The notes under the pieces are model-generated. The model was given only the letters and a program-made list of their open reading frames with translations. It ran no database searches and was not told the origin of the DNA. 64,000 nucleotides of DNA. Origin: Amphiscolops sp. MND2022. Lineage: Eukaryota. The position numbers and the translations under genes are program-made. Below are positions 51,675-64,000 of the stretch, one piece after another. How positions within the stretch are numbered: position 1 is the first letter of the stretch; each line of letters opens with the position of its first letter. The stretch lies in assembly GCA_964187785.1 (NCBI GenBank), contig OZ076409.1, forward strand, positions 40,116,001 through 40,180,000, read 5' to 3'.

Positions 51675-52661
51675 AATCATTTTGATTTTAGATTGTTTAT
51701 TAGAGAGATTAGAAATTTTTAGAAGATACTAGAATAAATTTTCGAAACAGTTTTTTTTATTCTGGAGTCGCAGCCTGTGGCATTATTGTTCTGAAAAATC
51801 CATAATGTACCTCTAAATTCATGGACCACTACCTTCAAACTAAACTTACACATGTTTCGTCCAATACGCAGCTACCATAGAGGTAACCGTTGTTAGCCAA
51901 ATGTTTTAGCTAAAAACAATGTATTGTTCAATAAAATTTCGTTTAAATCAAAACTCTCGCTCCCGGAGTCGTTACAGCTGATTTCAGTTGTCCAAACGAA
52001 CACACTCTATTTTTTGCCTTTGCTCCCAGAGACATTAAATTGGATTTCAGTCATTCGAAGACATCCCTCTTCAATTGTTAAACCCTCTGTGTAAAGGTCT
52101 TCTTTTGAAAATACTATTCTTTCCTAAATCCGAAAAATTGTTAGTTTTAAAAATTCCTGAGTCGCAACTAGTAGCTTTATCGTTGTAAAAAATCCATAAA
52201 TTTACAACTAAATTCATGAACCACCACCTTCAAATTAATTTTACACATGGTTTATCATCAAATTGTAGTTTCTGCAGATCATGGTTAATTATTATTGCCT
52301 CAATTCTAATGCGCAATTCAATAATCCGAGCTATTAAAATTGTCCTCATGGACCACTACTTTCCAATTAACCATCCACGTGTCCTGTCATGTAATTATAG
52401 ATTCTTCACATTATGTGTAATTATCAATGCCTCCATTCTACTGTAAAATTCACAACCAAGCCATAAAATTAAAAATTGATATTTAGGGAGTTAATTGAAA
52501 AATGATAGGTGTCATTGAATTGAGTTTGTCACTTTCCAATTCATTCAACATAAAATTCTAAAGAGATCCATTCCAATGGACAACCATTCAACTATCATTC
52601 ACCCACATCGACCAGCTGCTTATTTGCTAAACTCAAAAACAATCTCAAACTAGATCTCAGA

Positions 52662-55040
52662 ATGTCTGATTCTTTGGGAAGTCTCTCAATTAACAACAGT
52701 GATTTGACCCAATATTCACAAAGCAGCCCCTTTCTAACTCCTATGCAGCCTCCACAACCACTTAACCATGATGCTAATCATCATTTTCATAGCACCCCTG
52801 CACCGCTTCAACATAATAACTTCTCCTTCCACGAGTCGTACTTAGGCCATCCAATCCCGTGCCCGCCTAACTTCTCTCAAATTCTCGACCCAAAAACACC
52901 CCAATGTCACAACGGTTATACTCAAAGCAGGACATCATCCACGAACTCCAGTGATCAAGCGTGGCTAGAACATTATGAGGCAACTGCGCTTGCTACTAGC
53001 ACCGGCACTTTGAAGCGCAGTCTCAATTTCACTGCCAAGACTTTAATTGAACCAGGAACAAAATTGCCCCGACAGGAGTGGTCGGAGAAAGTAGGCCCCC
53101 AAATTTAGAAGACAGTTCGGGAAATTGCAGAAGCGTACGACACTTGTGGAGCGCTGACGTTCCAACAACAGTTGACACTCTTCCACGGCATTGTCACATA
53201 TCTTTACATGTATGTTGACCCGTCACTGTGATGGCGAAGAGCATTTTAGCTATGACAGTACATGCCGTCGCCCAAGTTGTGTCACAGCTTGACGAGCTAA
53301 GCCAGGACACCATGTACGAACTGAGCCTTGAACCATCTTTGGGTAATTGTTGCATTTTTTGGCAAACATGAAGCAGAACATTGAATGGAAAAAACCTTCT
53401 TATAATTAGGAAAAGTAATAATGAAGACACACTTCATAAAAAGGATCTGTCATGTTACACTTTTCTAGAATTTTAATCCTTTTGTTTTAAGAAACACTAT
53501 TCGATCGCAGCATAAAATAATTAAGAGAAGTAATAATGAAGAAACACTTTACGAAAAGTATCTGTCATGTTACACTTTTCTAGAATTTTAAACCTTTTGT
53601 TTTAGGAAACACTATTCGATCGCAGCATAAAATCTGCTCTTGGGTGGTGAATGCGATGCGGGTTTATCACCTTGGCGTGAGACCCAATTTCCAAAGACAA
53701 TCCCCACAAGTGGTCAAGAGGGCGTTCCCACGGGACGATGGCACCTAAGAGGTACAGACCGAACTTTTCTTCGTCACGTCCAAAGGAAACACGAATTTTA
53801 ACCCCAGAAAAATTGCAGAAGAGTTTATGGACAAGGTACAAGAAGTTCAAAAATAGAAATTGAACGGTCACTATGTGCAATAGTTACAAACTTTCAAAAT
53901 TGTCTTTTAGTATAGTCGTTTCATAGTTGACTTCTACAATGTTAATTGATTCTTGTGAAAGATTTCGTTGCTCGTTAATGATTGTATTTTGTTGTAGATG
54001 CAAAAGAATTCACGGGAGACAGTGGAAGATGTGCGTGCTGCAGGGTTATGCCAACCAAGCACTTGCCCTGCCAACATCCTGCGACGCCGTCTTCAAAAAG
54101 AAGTCACAGGCCACAACGGAGATCTGGAAAAATGTCGACATGATCTGGGCTGCCGCCAACGAGGTCACTGAACGACAACTGAGCGCATGTGTGACAAAAC
54201 GCCTCAATGCGCAGCGTTATGCCCGACAAGTGTTGCGAGCAAAAGATTTCATCACATTTTGCAGCAACAAACGAAACCAGGTCAACCCCACCAGACAGAG
54301 GCTCATTGAGTTCTACAACAAGAACTCCTGGAACACAGAAGAAGATCTCAAAAAAGTTTGTAATTCACGAACCTTAGAAATTAACCAGTTGTTACACTGC
54401 TTTAAAAGACTGCTTGAATAACTATAGGATGAAAAACATAGGTATATCATGTTATTTTTATCCCTTGTTTCAAAAGACATTCAAGATTGTCACTGATCGC
54501 CTGAATCCGGAGGCACTGCAGACTCCATCAGTTGCCCCCCGTCACGATGTCTTGTTCCTGCCAGCCCAGCACGAACAATCGGAGTGCTTCAAGAAGACAC
54601 TTTCCAAACGGTGCAAGTCGCAGCATTGGCCAGCAATCTGCGACGTGCAAGTGAAAGGTCTTGGTCGTGGGGTTATCACGACAGCGAAGATCGACAAAGG
54701 AGAGATTCTGGCTGATTACCATGGGGAAGAAATAAAAGGTATGAAGCTGAACGAGTTCCTTGAAATACCAAGCAACCAAACCGAGTATCTCTTCCAACTA
54801 GGCCAGAAACATCTCATCGACGCTTCCAGTGGAATCTGCAAGGAGCATCCGAACAACAGGTGCCTTGCCAGGTTATTCAACCACAAATCGGCCAAAAAAG
54901 CAAACGTGAAGCCAGTGCTGATAAATATAGCGCCCAACAAAGACGTCCTGATGTTTGTGGCGAAAACTGAAATCCCTCCCTTCGAAGAGCTTCGATTCGA
55001 TTATGGCGATGAAGAAACGAGGCGACTGTTCGACGAATAA
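52662..55040 (+). pseudogene. Multi-exon gene ending in an intact SET domain; 5' part disrupted
   Basis: Last exon GLGRGVITTAKIDKGEILADYHG..YLF..IDAS..CKEHP..LARLFNHKS..NV..EELRFDYGD. Upstream TAG at 53106 (CAG in the duplicate), TAA at 53746 and apparent frameshifts. Confidence 0.85.
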
Positions 55041-55231
55041 TTTTTTGTCTTGTGATTAGTTCAGATAACAAACAAACTGAATTTTAGTTTTCACGTTTTT
55101 GAATTAAATTCATTTTCAAATTAGATATGTTTCTGGAATTGTTACGTTGCTGGAAAAAAAAATTTTCGAGGACTGAATGTGCTTGCGGAGTCGTTACGTT
55201 GTTTGTAAAGGAGTTGTTGGCTTAAAAAACA

Positions 55232-55912
55232 AGTGTACTACTACCTTCGAATAACAACTAGCAATGGTGTAAAATTGATCTCTAGATTCTTCAAACAATG
55301 CTTTAAAGTTACGTTCTCAATTCTAGAGCGCTTTCTAAGCGCAAGTTGAGCTAATGGTTTTTGAAGAATCCACGAAAAAAGCTGAAACAACTGCTCAAAA
55401 CTAGTGTACTTCTACCTTTGAATAACAACTAGCAATGGTTTAAAATTGATCTCTAGATTCTTCAAACAAGGCTTTAAAATTACGTTCTCAATTCTAGAGC
55501 GCTTTCTAAACGCAAGTTGAGCTAATGGTATTTGAAAAATCCACAAAAAGAGCTTAAACAACTGCTAAAAACTAGTGTACTACTACCTTTGAATAACAAC
55601 TAGCAATGGTTTTAAATTGATCTCTAGATTCTTCAAACAATGCTTTAAAATTACGTTCTCAATTCTAGAGCGCTTTCTAAACGCAAGCTAAGCTAATGGT
55701 ATTTGAAGAATCCACAAAAAGAGCTTAAACAACTGCTCAAAACTAGTGTACTACTACCTTTGAATAACAACTAGCAATGGTTTAAAATTGATCTCTAGAT
55801 TCTTCAAACAATGCTTTAAAGTCACTTTCTCAATTCTTAGCGCTCATTTTAAACGCGAGCTGAACTAATGGTATTTGAAGAATCCACAAAATTCACTGAA
55901 CTACTTGCTCAA
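55232..55912 (+). repeat. 171-bp tandem repeat x4
   Basis: agtgtact starts at 55232, 55403, 55574 and 55745. Confidence 0.95.
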
Positions 55913-56107
55913 TTTTTGTGTAGTGGAGAATTGGAAAGCTGTCGATAGAGGAAAATTTTTTTGATCGAAGATGTCAAAAGTCAGTTGATTTGATTACTGG
56001 TATGATCAGATAGAATTCATTCAATTTGATGAACATGGCAACGTTTTTTTTACATGTATTAATACGCGTACAAAACTTTATATATGTGTCCAATTCAACG
56101 GCATAAT

Positions 56108-56330
56108 GGGGATGGTGGCGCAGTTGATAAATCACGTGGGTATGTAATGAAGCTTGATGCGTTGTCAATCAAGGGTTCGATCCCCGCCAATAAACTTCCA
56201 GTTGATTCGATGCAGACTACTCTGCATTCCCTCCTCCACTGTATTGAATCAGCAAAAGACATTGTGTTCCTCTTCACAATGATAGCCCACATGTAAGGAT
56301 CACTGCGCCGCTGCATCCCTTTTTGGATCA
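56108..56330 (+). ncRNA. tRNA-derived Pol III-like unit, copy 2
   Basis: A-box-like TGGCGCAGTTGA (56116), B-box GGTTCGATCCC (56174), 3' catcccttttt. Confidence 0.55.
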
Positions 56331-57424
56331 TCCAGATGAACTGAAATTAATAATTTAGATGAAATGAATCAATCGGGTTAAAGGTCGATTCTCACATATG
56401 AACTTCTAGGCGACTCGATACAGACAACATTGTCGGTATAATTCGGCTTCACAAACAATCGGAATGCCCAATTGACGGTTCAATCCGCTTTTGCATGCAT
56501 CCTTTTTTGATGAGTCGCACAACGAAACTGCATCTTTTTTTGAAGCGAATACGAGCAAGAATTTTGAATTTCGAGAAACTCAAACTCGAACTCGTTTTTT
56601 GACGCATAATAAACTGCTGCATAATAAGACGCTGCATTTAACTAAATTAACTAATTTTTAATACTCGTATTACAATGAAAATTTCCCAAAATGTTTGAAA
56701 TGCAATGCTTGATGGTAAGAAGCTGATTGTTTTCAAACAAGCTTTGACGCCCCTTGATTGTATTAGTTGAGTAAAATTGGTTGATTTCAAACTACACGGT
56801 GAATTACGCAGTAGAATTGAGGGACTAATTACTATATACGGTGTGAAGAATCTATAATTGAATGATTAAACATGCGGTAGTGCAAATTGAAGGTAGTGGT
56901 ACACGAATTCAAACTGAACTTGTTCGTTAATTTTTGTGGATTCTTCATAACATTATGACTGCTATGAACCTACGTTTATAAACTCCGTACAAAAACGGTT
57001 TGAATTATTGTGTATTTGAATTATCGAATACAAAATTAATAGTAACCTATGATTGCATCAATCTTCAACTGAAAAATAAGAATATGGTCGCTAAACAATT
57101 GCTCCCGGAGTCGTTACAAAATATTGGGAAGGATCATTTTTGTATCGAAAAAAATGAACTAATCGAACTCCACTAAAACGTACGAAAAAGCCACAAAATT
57201 ACCTGACATCACGTATTCGGAAGGTTCCAAAACACAGCCTTTCTTCTCAACTTCTTCAATGTATGTCGCCCTATGGTTTTGAAAAGCTATCAATCAAAAA
57301 CATTATTCTTTGATAAAAGAGGTTGTCATCAATCAATCATTACTTAGACCAAAACAGAAATAGTATACAATTGAACAATCAAATTCGTGTTAGTATTTAT
57401 TTGTGTGCAATACAACGGCATATA

Positions 57425-57615
57425 GGGGATGGTAGCGCAGTTGATATTTCACATGGGTATGCAGTGAAGCTAGACGCGTTGTCTACCACCGGATCGATTC
57501 TCCCATAGACACTGTTTGGCGACTCGATGCAGACCATCGTTTCACTTCACAGCGATTGGAAAGCATAATTGAAGATCCAATCAACTCAACTGCGCAACTG
57601 CATCCCTTTTTGATG
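57425..57615 (+). ncRNA. tRNA-derived Pol III-like unit, copy 3
   Basis: ggggatggTAGCGCAGTTGA..GGATCGATTCT..gactcgatgcagac..catccctttttgat. Confidence 0.45.
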
Positions 57616-58039
57616 TGAAAAGGATAAATAGGTTGTTGATCGTTATTTTCCTTTACAGCGATAGGAAGGCACAATTGAAGATCCACTGCATCCAGGGGTG
57701 TTCAATAAACAACTATACCTAAGAATAATTGAAATGATAAAAATAAAAAAAAAATACTTCTACACTTAAATGAACAAACACAATTATTTTTGAACCTGTT
57801 AAAAGAAAAACAATTATTCTTGAGGTAACTAAAACTAACTAAGAACGTTCAATTCAACATATCGTCAATCAATTAAATTCGAACATACAGAAACAGCTTT
57901 TGTTGATATCCGTTTTTCGCTGAGAATAAAAATATTTCTTTCAACAAAAAAATGATGAAATTGTCTATTTTTCACTATGAAATTAAAATAATTTATTTTT
58001 AGGCAACGATAATCATCGAATAAAACATTGAACACCCCT

Positions 58040-58555
58040 GACTGCATCCCTTTTTGATGTACAAAAAGATCAGTTGTATATTTCCTTCACAGCGATAGGA
58101 AGGCACTTTTGAAGATCCACCGCATCTTTTGATGTAGAGAAAGATCAGTTGATCCTTGTTAATTTCTCTCACAGCGATAGGAAGGCACTTTTGAAGATCC
58201 ACTGCATCACTTTCTGATCTGCAAAAAGATCAGTTCATTGTTGGTGCTTTTCACAGCGATAGGAAGGCATTTTTGAATATCAACCGCATCTTTTGATGTG
58301 GAGAAAGATCAGTTGATCCTTGTTAATTTCTCTCACAGCGATAGGAAGGCACTTTTGATGATTCACTGCATCTTTTTCTGATCTGCAAAAAGATCAGTTC
58401 ATTGTTGGTGCTTTTCACAGCGATAGGAAGGCATTTTTGAAGATCCACTGCATCCTTTTTTGATCTGAAAAAAGATCAGTTGATTGTTGGTACTTCTCAA
58501 TAAGATGGGAAGGCACAATTGAAGGTTCAATCCGCCACAGCATCCATTTTTGATG
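58040..58555 (+). repeat. 82-bp tandem repeat with alternating variants (164-bp dimer)
   Basis: cacagcgataggaaggc starts at 58088, 58170, 58252, 58334 and 58416. Confidence 0.92.
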
Positions 58556-60240
58556 AAAACAGTGATGTCCATTTTCAGTCAAAATTAAAAAATATAAACT
58601 ATCAATTCAATATGAATTAGCCGAATAATCTGTTTTCGGCACTGATGCATTAATGTACGAAACTTTAAGTTATAAAACATCATTTACTTGAAACAAATAG
58701 CAACTCTCCCTCTCCCACACAATTTTTTTAAAGAATAGGGAAAATAGTATGAACCAACTTTGTATTCCAATTATAAACTGTATCTCTAGAAATACCTTTA
58801 AAATTGAAGGAATCTGGTCTGTAATCAAGTTTTTCTGTTATTACAAGTAGTTGCAAAAACATCATCTTGAAAAGTGTGTGTGTGGGGGGATAGTTCCTGA
58901 ATGGACATCACTGGATGAGAAGAAAGAGAATAAAGATAAACCTGTATAATTGGTATACTGAATTGATTTCAAATTTTACGTCGAATTGCGCAGTAGAATC
59001 GAGGGACAAATTACTTTACATGGTGTGAAGAATCTATAATTGGATAATAAAACATGCGAGAGTGTAAATCGAAAGTATTGGTCCACGAATTCAAAATAAA
59101 TTTGTTCGTTCCTTTTTGTGGATTCTTCGCAAAAATAGGACTGCTATGAAAATACTTTTTAAAACGTCATGCAAAACTGGTTTGCAATTTTGATTCCTTT
59201 GGAAAAAAACAAATGAAAAATTACTTTGCCATTTTGTAACTAATGAAATCGTACAATTATCTTTGTAATCGCGTTGTCTAAGCTCGTTAAAAAGAATTTT
59301 CAAGTGGTAACTGTATCTTGAATTATCTCGGACCATATGGTACTGTTCGATCTCTTAGTTGAACAATTTGTTCAACTAGGCAGGTCTTTTGTCAACATTA
59401 TTGTTGATCATTTTTCTTTTAACCGCTACCACATTCCCCCGCCGGCAATTGACGGTTGGGAATTTCTATTAATAGGCTATTTCTATTAATTAACATGGGC
59501 AATGTTATTTGACACTAATTTTGTTTTTATGTTATTTGCACTTATGGTATTTGGTACGTAATCATCCGTTCCGTTGCCCTTGTGGAGTCGTTACATTAAA
59601 CTAAACATTTATATTTAGTCCTGTTATTATCATGCTCATGGAGTCGTTACGGGGAAGTCCCAAATAACATAAGAGCAAATAGCATAAAATTAGTTCAAAT
59701 AACATAAAACTGAAATGGGTTTCACTAAACACGGAATTTGAAACTAATTTCATTTTCGTGTTCTTCGACACCAATTTTGCCTCTGCTATTTGCACTTGTT
59801 ATTCGGTACGTATTTGTCGTTAAATGTTTCTAAACATTTGTGCTATATCTTATTTTCATCGCGCTCATGGAGTCGTTACATCTGACTAAACGTTTTATTT
59901 CTATGTCATATATTCATTGCGAATAAATTGTACCAAAAATAAAACACTTGACTTAACTTACTCGAAGATTGAGTTTGTTTGATTGCTCAAATTGAAGGTT
60001 TGCAGTTATCTTGTTGTCTTCAGGAAATTCTTGAAGTCTTCAGGAGATTCAGAATACGACTGATTATCAGCAGCAATGGTTGTTAAATAACGTTACTAGA
60101 TAAAGCGAGGGATTTTGAAGTTTGTTTACATGACGCACAAATTTCTGCGCGTCATGGTCACGTGACAAAAAGTTCATCTAATTCCAAGTACATGTAACGT
60201 TTTTGGATCAAGCTAGATATTTTGTTTACATAAGGCAAAA

Positions 60241-63200
60241 TTAATTATCGATGCCCATTTTGACGAGGAAGAGGATACACGGTAAATATAACACCAAATT
60301 AAACATCAATCCCCACTTTTATAGTTTTCAACCGTGTTTCGTAACCCCGGAGCATTTTAAATTTTCAAAATTCCTATTTGCATTTTTACATGGCTCCCTG
60401 TGTTTACTATAGATATCCAACTCTGGCGACAATGTGGAGTGTAATCCTCTTCAACTACCGCAAGATGCGAGTGCCGCCCAATGACCGGTACAGGAGCCTG
60501 CTTCAAAACATGACTCCAAAGATCAAGGAGGAAGAAGCCTCTACAAAAGAAGTTAGCATTTTATTTTTTTGTTAACCTACTGAAAGCATTTTTTGGTAAC
60601 CTGAATTAACTTTCATGATAATAAGTCAAAGTAATGTTATTGTATTCACTTTTGTAACCACTTAATAACAATCGTTTTGTTCTAGGTTCTCCCAGCCTTT
60701 AGCATTGAGACACTGGACATTGAACCGACTCTACAGGTGTACAGCGGAGGCCGTTTTTGCCGAACCAGTCTGAAGGACATCAGAAAAGCCTCACTGCGCT
60801 TCGATGTCAAGGGTGAAGTAAAAGTTGGGCTTGATCACCAGGCCACAGTCCCAGATGTCACTAACGAGCCATATGAAGTTGATGATCTCTCTGAGCCAGT
60901 AGATGACCTGACACTGCTCACGCGGGAGATCATGGACTCACCCCGGCCAATGCGCAGCTACCATAGAGGTAACCGTTGTTAATTAAAAAGTATAGCTAAA
61001 ACAATTAAAAGTTCGAAAAAATTTCGTTCAAATCTGTACACTCGCTCCTGGAGTCGTAACAACTAACTCAAGTCGTCCGAACGACCACACTCTTGTGTTT
61101 GCTTTGGTTTCTTGAGTTGGTAAATTTGATTTCAGTCATTCGAAAAGTCCCCTTGTTAATCATTAAACCCTCTGTTTAAAGTCTTCTTTTGAAAACAATG
61201 TTTTTTCCTAAATCCGCTTTAACTATTGCCTGTGTTACTGTTTTAGATTGGGACCTGGAACAAAAGCAATTCGTGACCTCCTCTCTAACAGCTCAGCCCT
61301 GGAAGCAATCTGAGTTTAGCAGATTCAAGCATATTGCTGCAATTGCCCCGTCAGCACACGAGTTTAACTGTGCAAACTGAAATTATTTTGATTTTAGATT
61401 GTTTATTAGAGAGATTAGAAATTTTTAGAAGATACTAGAATAAATTTTCGAAACAGTTTTTTTTATTCTGGAGTCGCAGCCTGTGGCATTATTGTTCTGA
61501 AAAATCCATAATGTACCTCTAAATTCATGGACCACTACCTTCAAACTAAACTTACACATGTTTCGTCCAATACGCAGCTACCATAGAGGTAACCGTTGTT
61601 AGCCAAATGTTTTAGCTAAAAACAATGTATTGTTCAATAAAATTTCGTTTAAATCAAAACTCTCGCTCCCGGAGTCGTTACAGCTGATTTCAGTTGTCCA
61701 AACGAACACACTCTAGTTTTTGCCTTTGCTCCCAGAGACATTAAATTGGATTTCAGTCATTCGAAGACATCCCTCTTCAATTGTTAAACCCTCTGTGTAA
61801 AGGTCTTCTTTTGAAAATACTATTCTTTCCTAAATCCGAAAAATTGTTAGTTTTAAAAATTCCTGAGTCGCAACTAGTAGCTTTATCGTTGTAAAAAATC
61901 CATAAATTTACAACTAAATTCATGAACCACCACCTTCAAATTAATCTTACACATGGTTTATCATCAAATTGTAGTTTCTGCAGATCATGGTTAATTATTA
62001 TTGCCTCAATTCTAATGCGCAATTCAATAATCCGAGCTATTAAAATTGTCCTCATGGACCACTACTTTCCAATTAACCATCCACGTGTCCTGTCATGTAA
62101 TTATAGATTCTTCACATTATGTGTAATTATCAATGCCTCCATTCTACTGTAAAATTCACAACCAAGCCATAAAATTAAAAATTGATATTTAGGGAGTTAA
62201 TTGAAAAACGATAGGTGTCATTGAATTGAGTTTGTCACTTTCCAATTCATTCAACATAAAATTCTAAGGAGATCCATTCCAAAGGACAACCATTCAACTA
62301 TCATTCACCCACATCGACCAGCTGCTTATTTGCTAAACTCAAAAACAATCTCAAACTAGATCTCAGAATGTCTGATTCTTTGGGAAGTCTCTCAATTAAC
62401 AACAGTGATTTGACCCAATATTCACAAAGCAGCCCCTTTCTAACTCCTATGCAGCCTCCACAACCACTTAACCATGATGCTAATCATCATTTTCATAGCA
62501 CCCCTGCACCGCTTCAACATAGTAACTTCTCCTTCCACGAGTCGTACGAGGCCATCCAATCCCGTGCCCGCCTAACTTCTCTCAAATTCTCGACCCAAAA
62601 ACACCCCAATGCCACAACGGTTATACTCAAAGCAGGACATCATCCAAGAACTCCAGTGATCAAGCGTGGCTAGAACATTATGAGGCAACTGCGCTTGCTA
62701 CTAGCACCGGCACTTTGAAGCGCAGTCTCAATTTCACTGCCAAGACTTTAATTGAACCAGGAACAAAATTGCCCCGACAGGAGTGGTCGGAGAAAGTAGG
62801 CCCCCAAATTCAGAAGACAGTTCGGGAAATTGCAGAAGCGTACGACACTTGTGGAGCGCTGACGTTCCAACAACAGTTGACACTCTTCCACGGCATTGTC
62901 ACATATCTTTACATGTATGTTGACCCGTCACTGTGATGGCGAAGAGCATTTTAGCTATGACAGTACATGCCGTCGCCCAAGTTGTGTCACAGCTTGACGA
63001 GCTAAGCCAGGACACCATGTACGAACTGAGCCTTGAACCATCTTTGGGTAATTGTTGCATTTTTTGGCAAACATGAAGCAGAACATTGAATGGAAAAAAC
63101 CTTCTTATAATTAGGAAGGGTAATAATGAAGACACACTTCATAAAAAGGATCTGTCATGTTACACTTTTCTAGAATTTTAATCCTTTTGTTTTAGGAAAC

Positions 63201-64000
63201 ACTATTCGATCGCAGCATAAAATAATTAAGAGAAGTAATAATGAAGAAACACTTTATGAAAAGTATCTGTCATGTTACACTTTTCTAGAATTTTAAACCT
63301 TTTGTTTTAGGAAACACTATTCGATCGCAGCATAAAATATGCTCTTGGGTGGTGAATGCGATGCGGGTTTATCACCTTGGCGTGAGACCCAATTTCCAAA
63401 GACAATCCCCACAAGTGGTCAAGAGGGCGTTCCCACTGGACGATGGCACCTAAGAGGTACAGACCGAACTTTTCTTCGTCACATCCAAAGGAAACACGAA
63501 TTTTAACCCCAGAAAAATTGCAGAAGAGTTTATGGACAAGGTACAAGAAGTTCAAAAATAGAAATTGAACGGTCACTATGTGCAATAGTTATAAACTTTC
63601 AAAATTGTCTTTTAGTATAGTCGTTTCATAGTTGACTTCTACAATGTTAATTGATTCTTGTGAAAGATTTCGTTGCTCGTTAATGATTGTATTTTGTTGT
63701 AGATGCAAAAGAATTCACGGGAGACAGTGGAAGATGTGCTGCAGGGTTATGCCAACCAAGCACTTGCCCTGCCAACATCCTGCGACGCCGTCTTCAAAAA
63801 GAAGTCACAGGCCACAACGGAGATCTGGAAAAATGTCGACATGATCTGGGCTGCCGCCAACGAGGTCACTGAACGACAACTGAGCGCATGTGTGACAAAA
63901 CGCCTCAATGCGCAGCGTAATGCCCGACAAGTGTTGCGAGCAAAAGATTTCATCACATTTTGCAGCAACAAACGAAACCAGGTCAACCCCACCAGACAGA
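60241..64000 (+). pseudogene. Direct duplicate of 50535-54299 (3' exons of ZnF-JmjC plus 5' part of the SET gene), running off the window
   Basis: Offset 9706 at the start (ORFs 50672/60378, 51031/60737). It lacks the JmjC catalytic exons and has extra indels near 62548 and 63738. Confidence 0.95.

Larger units (their letters stand above)
47046..64000. mobile_element. Element B: second CATTAC-type giant element, right end not in window
   Basis: Gag homology stops at CATTACAGTGC (47046), identical to the first 11 bp of the 18759 MITE. GGATTCCAC/GTGGAATCC subterminal repeats follow, and the cargo is paralogous to element A. A gap at 47762-47961 separates this end from the genes. Confidence 0.55.

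Noticed and set aside
55232..55912. Alpha-satellite
   Set aside because: Only the 171-bp length matches; four copies and no sequence similarity that I can see.
56108..56195. Functional tRNA gene
   Set aside because: Acceptor and anticodon stems do not pair convincingly and the copies disagree at the putative anticodon.

Overview
AT-rich eukaryotic DNA, probably from an invertebrate animal, with GT-AG introns and two 200-N assembly gaps. It is almost entirely nested mobile elements. (1) 2625-13412 is a 10.8-kb fold-back element with AGTAGT termini and a 6-bp TSD, typical of a non-autonomous Polinton/Maverick; its 4-5 kb inverted arms contain an 84-bp satellite. (2) 16931-44733 is a 27.8-kb element ('A') with 23-bp TIRs (CATTAC...GTAATG) and a 2-bp TSD. 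It holds a decayed RAG1/Transib/Chapaev-like DDE transposase fused to a BRCT-like domain, a decayed SET methyltransferase gene, a decayed zinc-finger-JmjC demethylase gene, and an open two-exon RING gene that is duplicated. (3) A second CATTAC-starting element ('B') begins at 47046, where a Ty3/gypsy gag is cut off. It carries a diverged, apparently intact 9-exon ZnF-JmjC gene and a SET gene, partly duplicated. A 1.44-kb MITE with CATTAC termini and a 2-bp TSD independently supports the terminus rule. Each large element carries its own dispersed short motif, and both carry tRNA-like Pol III units. The main candidate system is a family of giant DNA transposons carrying a chromatin toolkit (SET writer, ZnF-JmjC eraser, RING). 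All domain calls are by-eye motif recognition; no searches were run.
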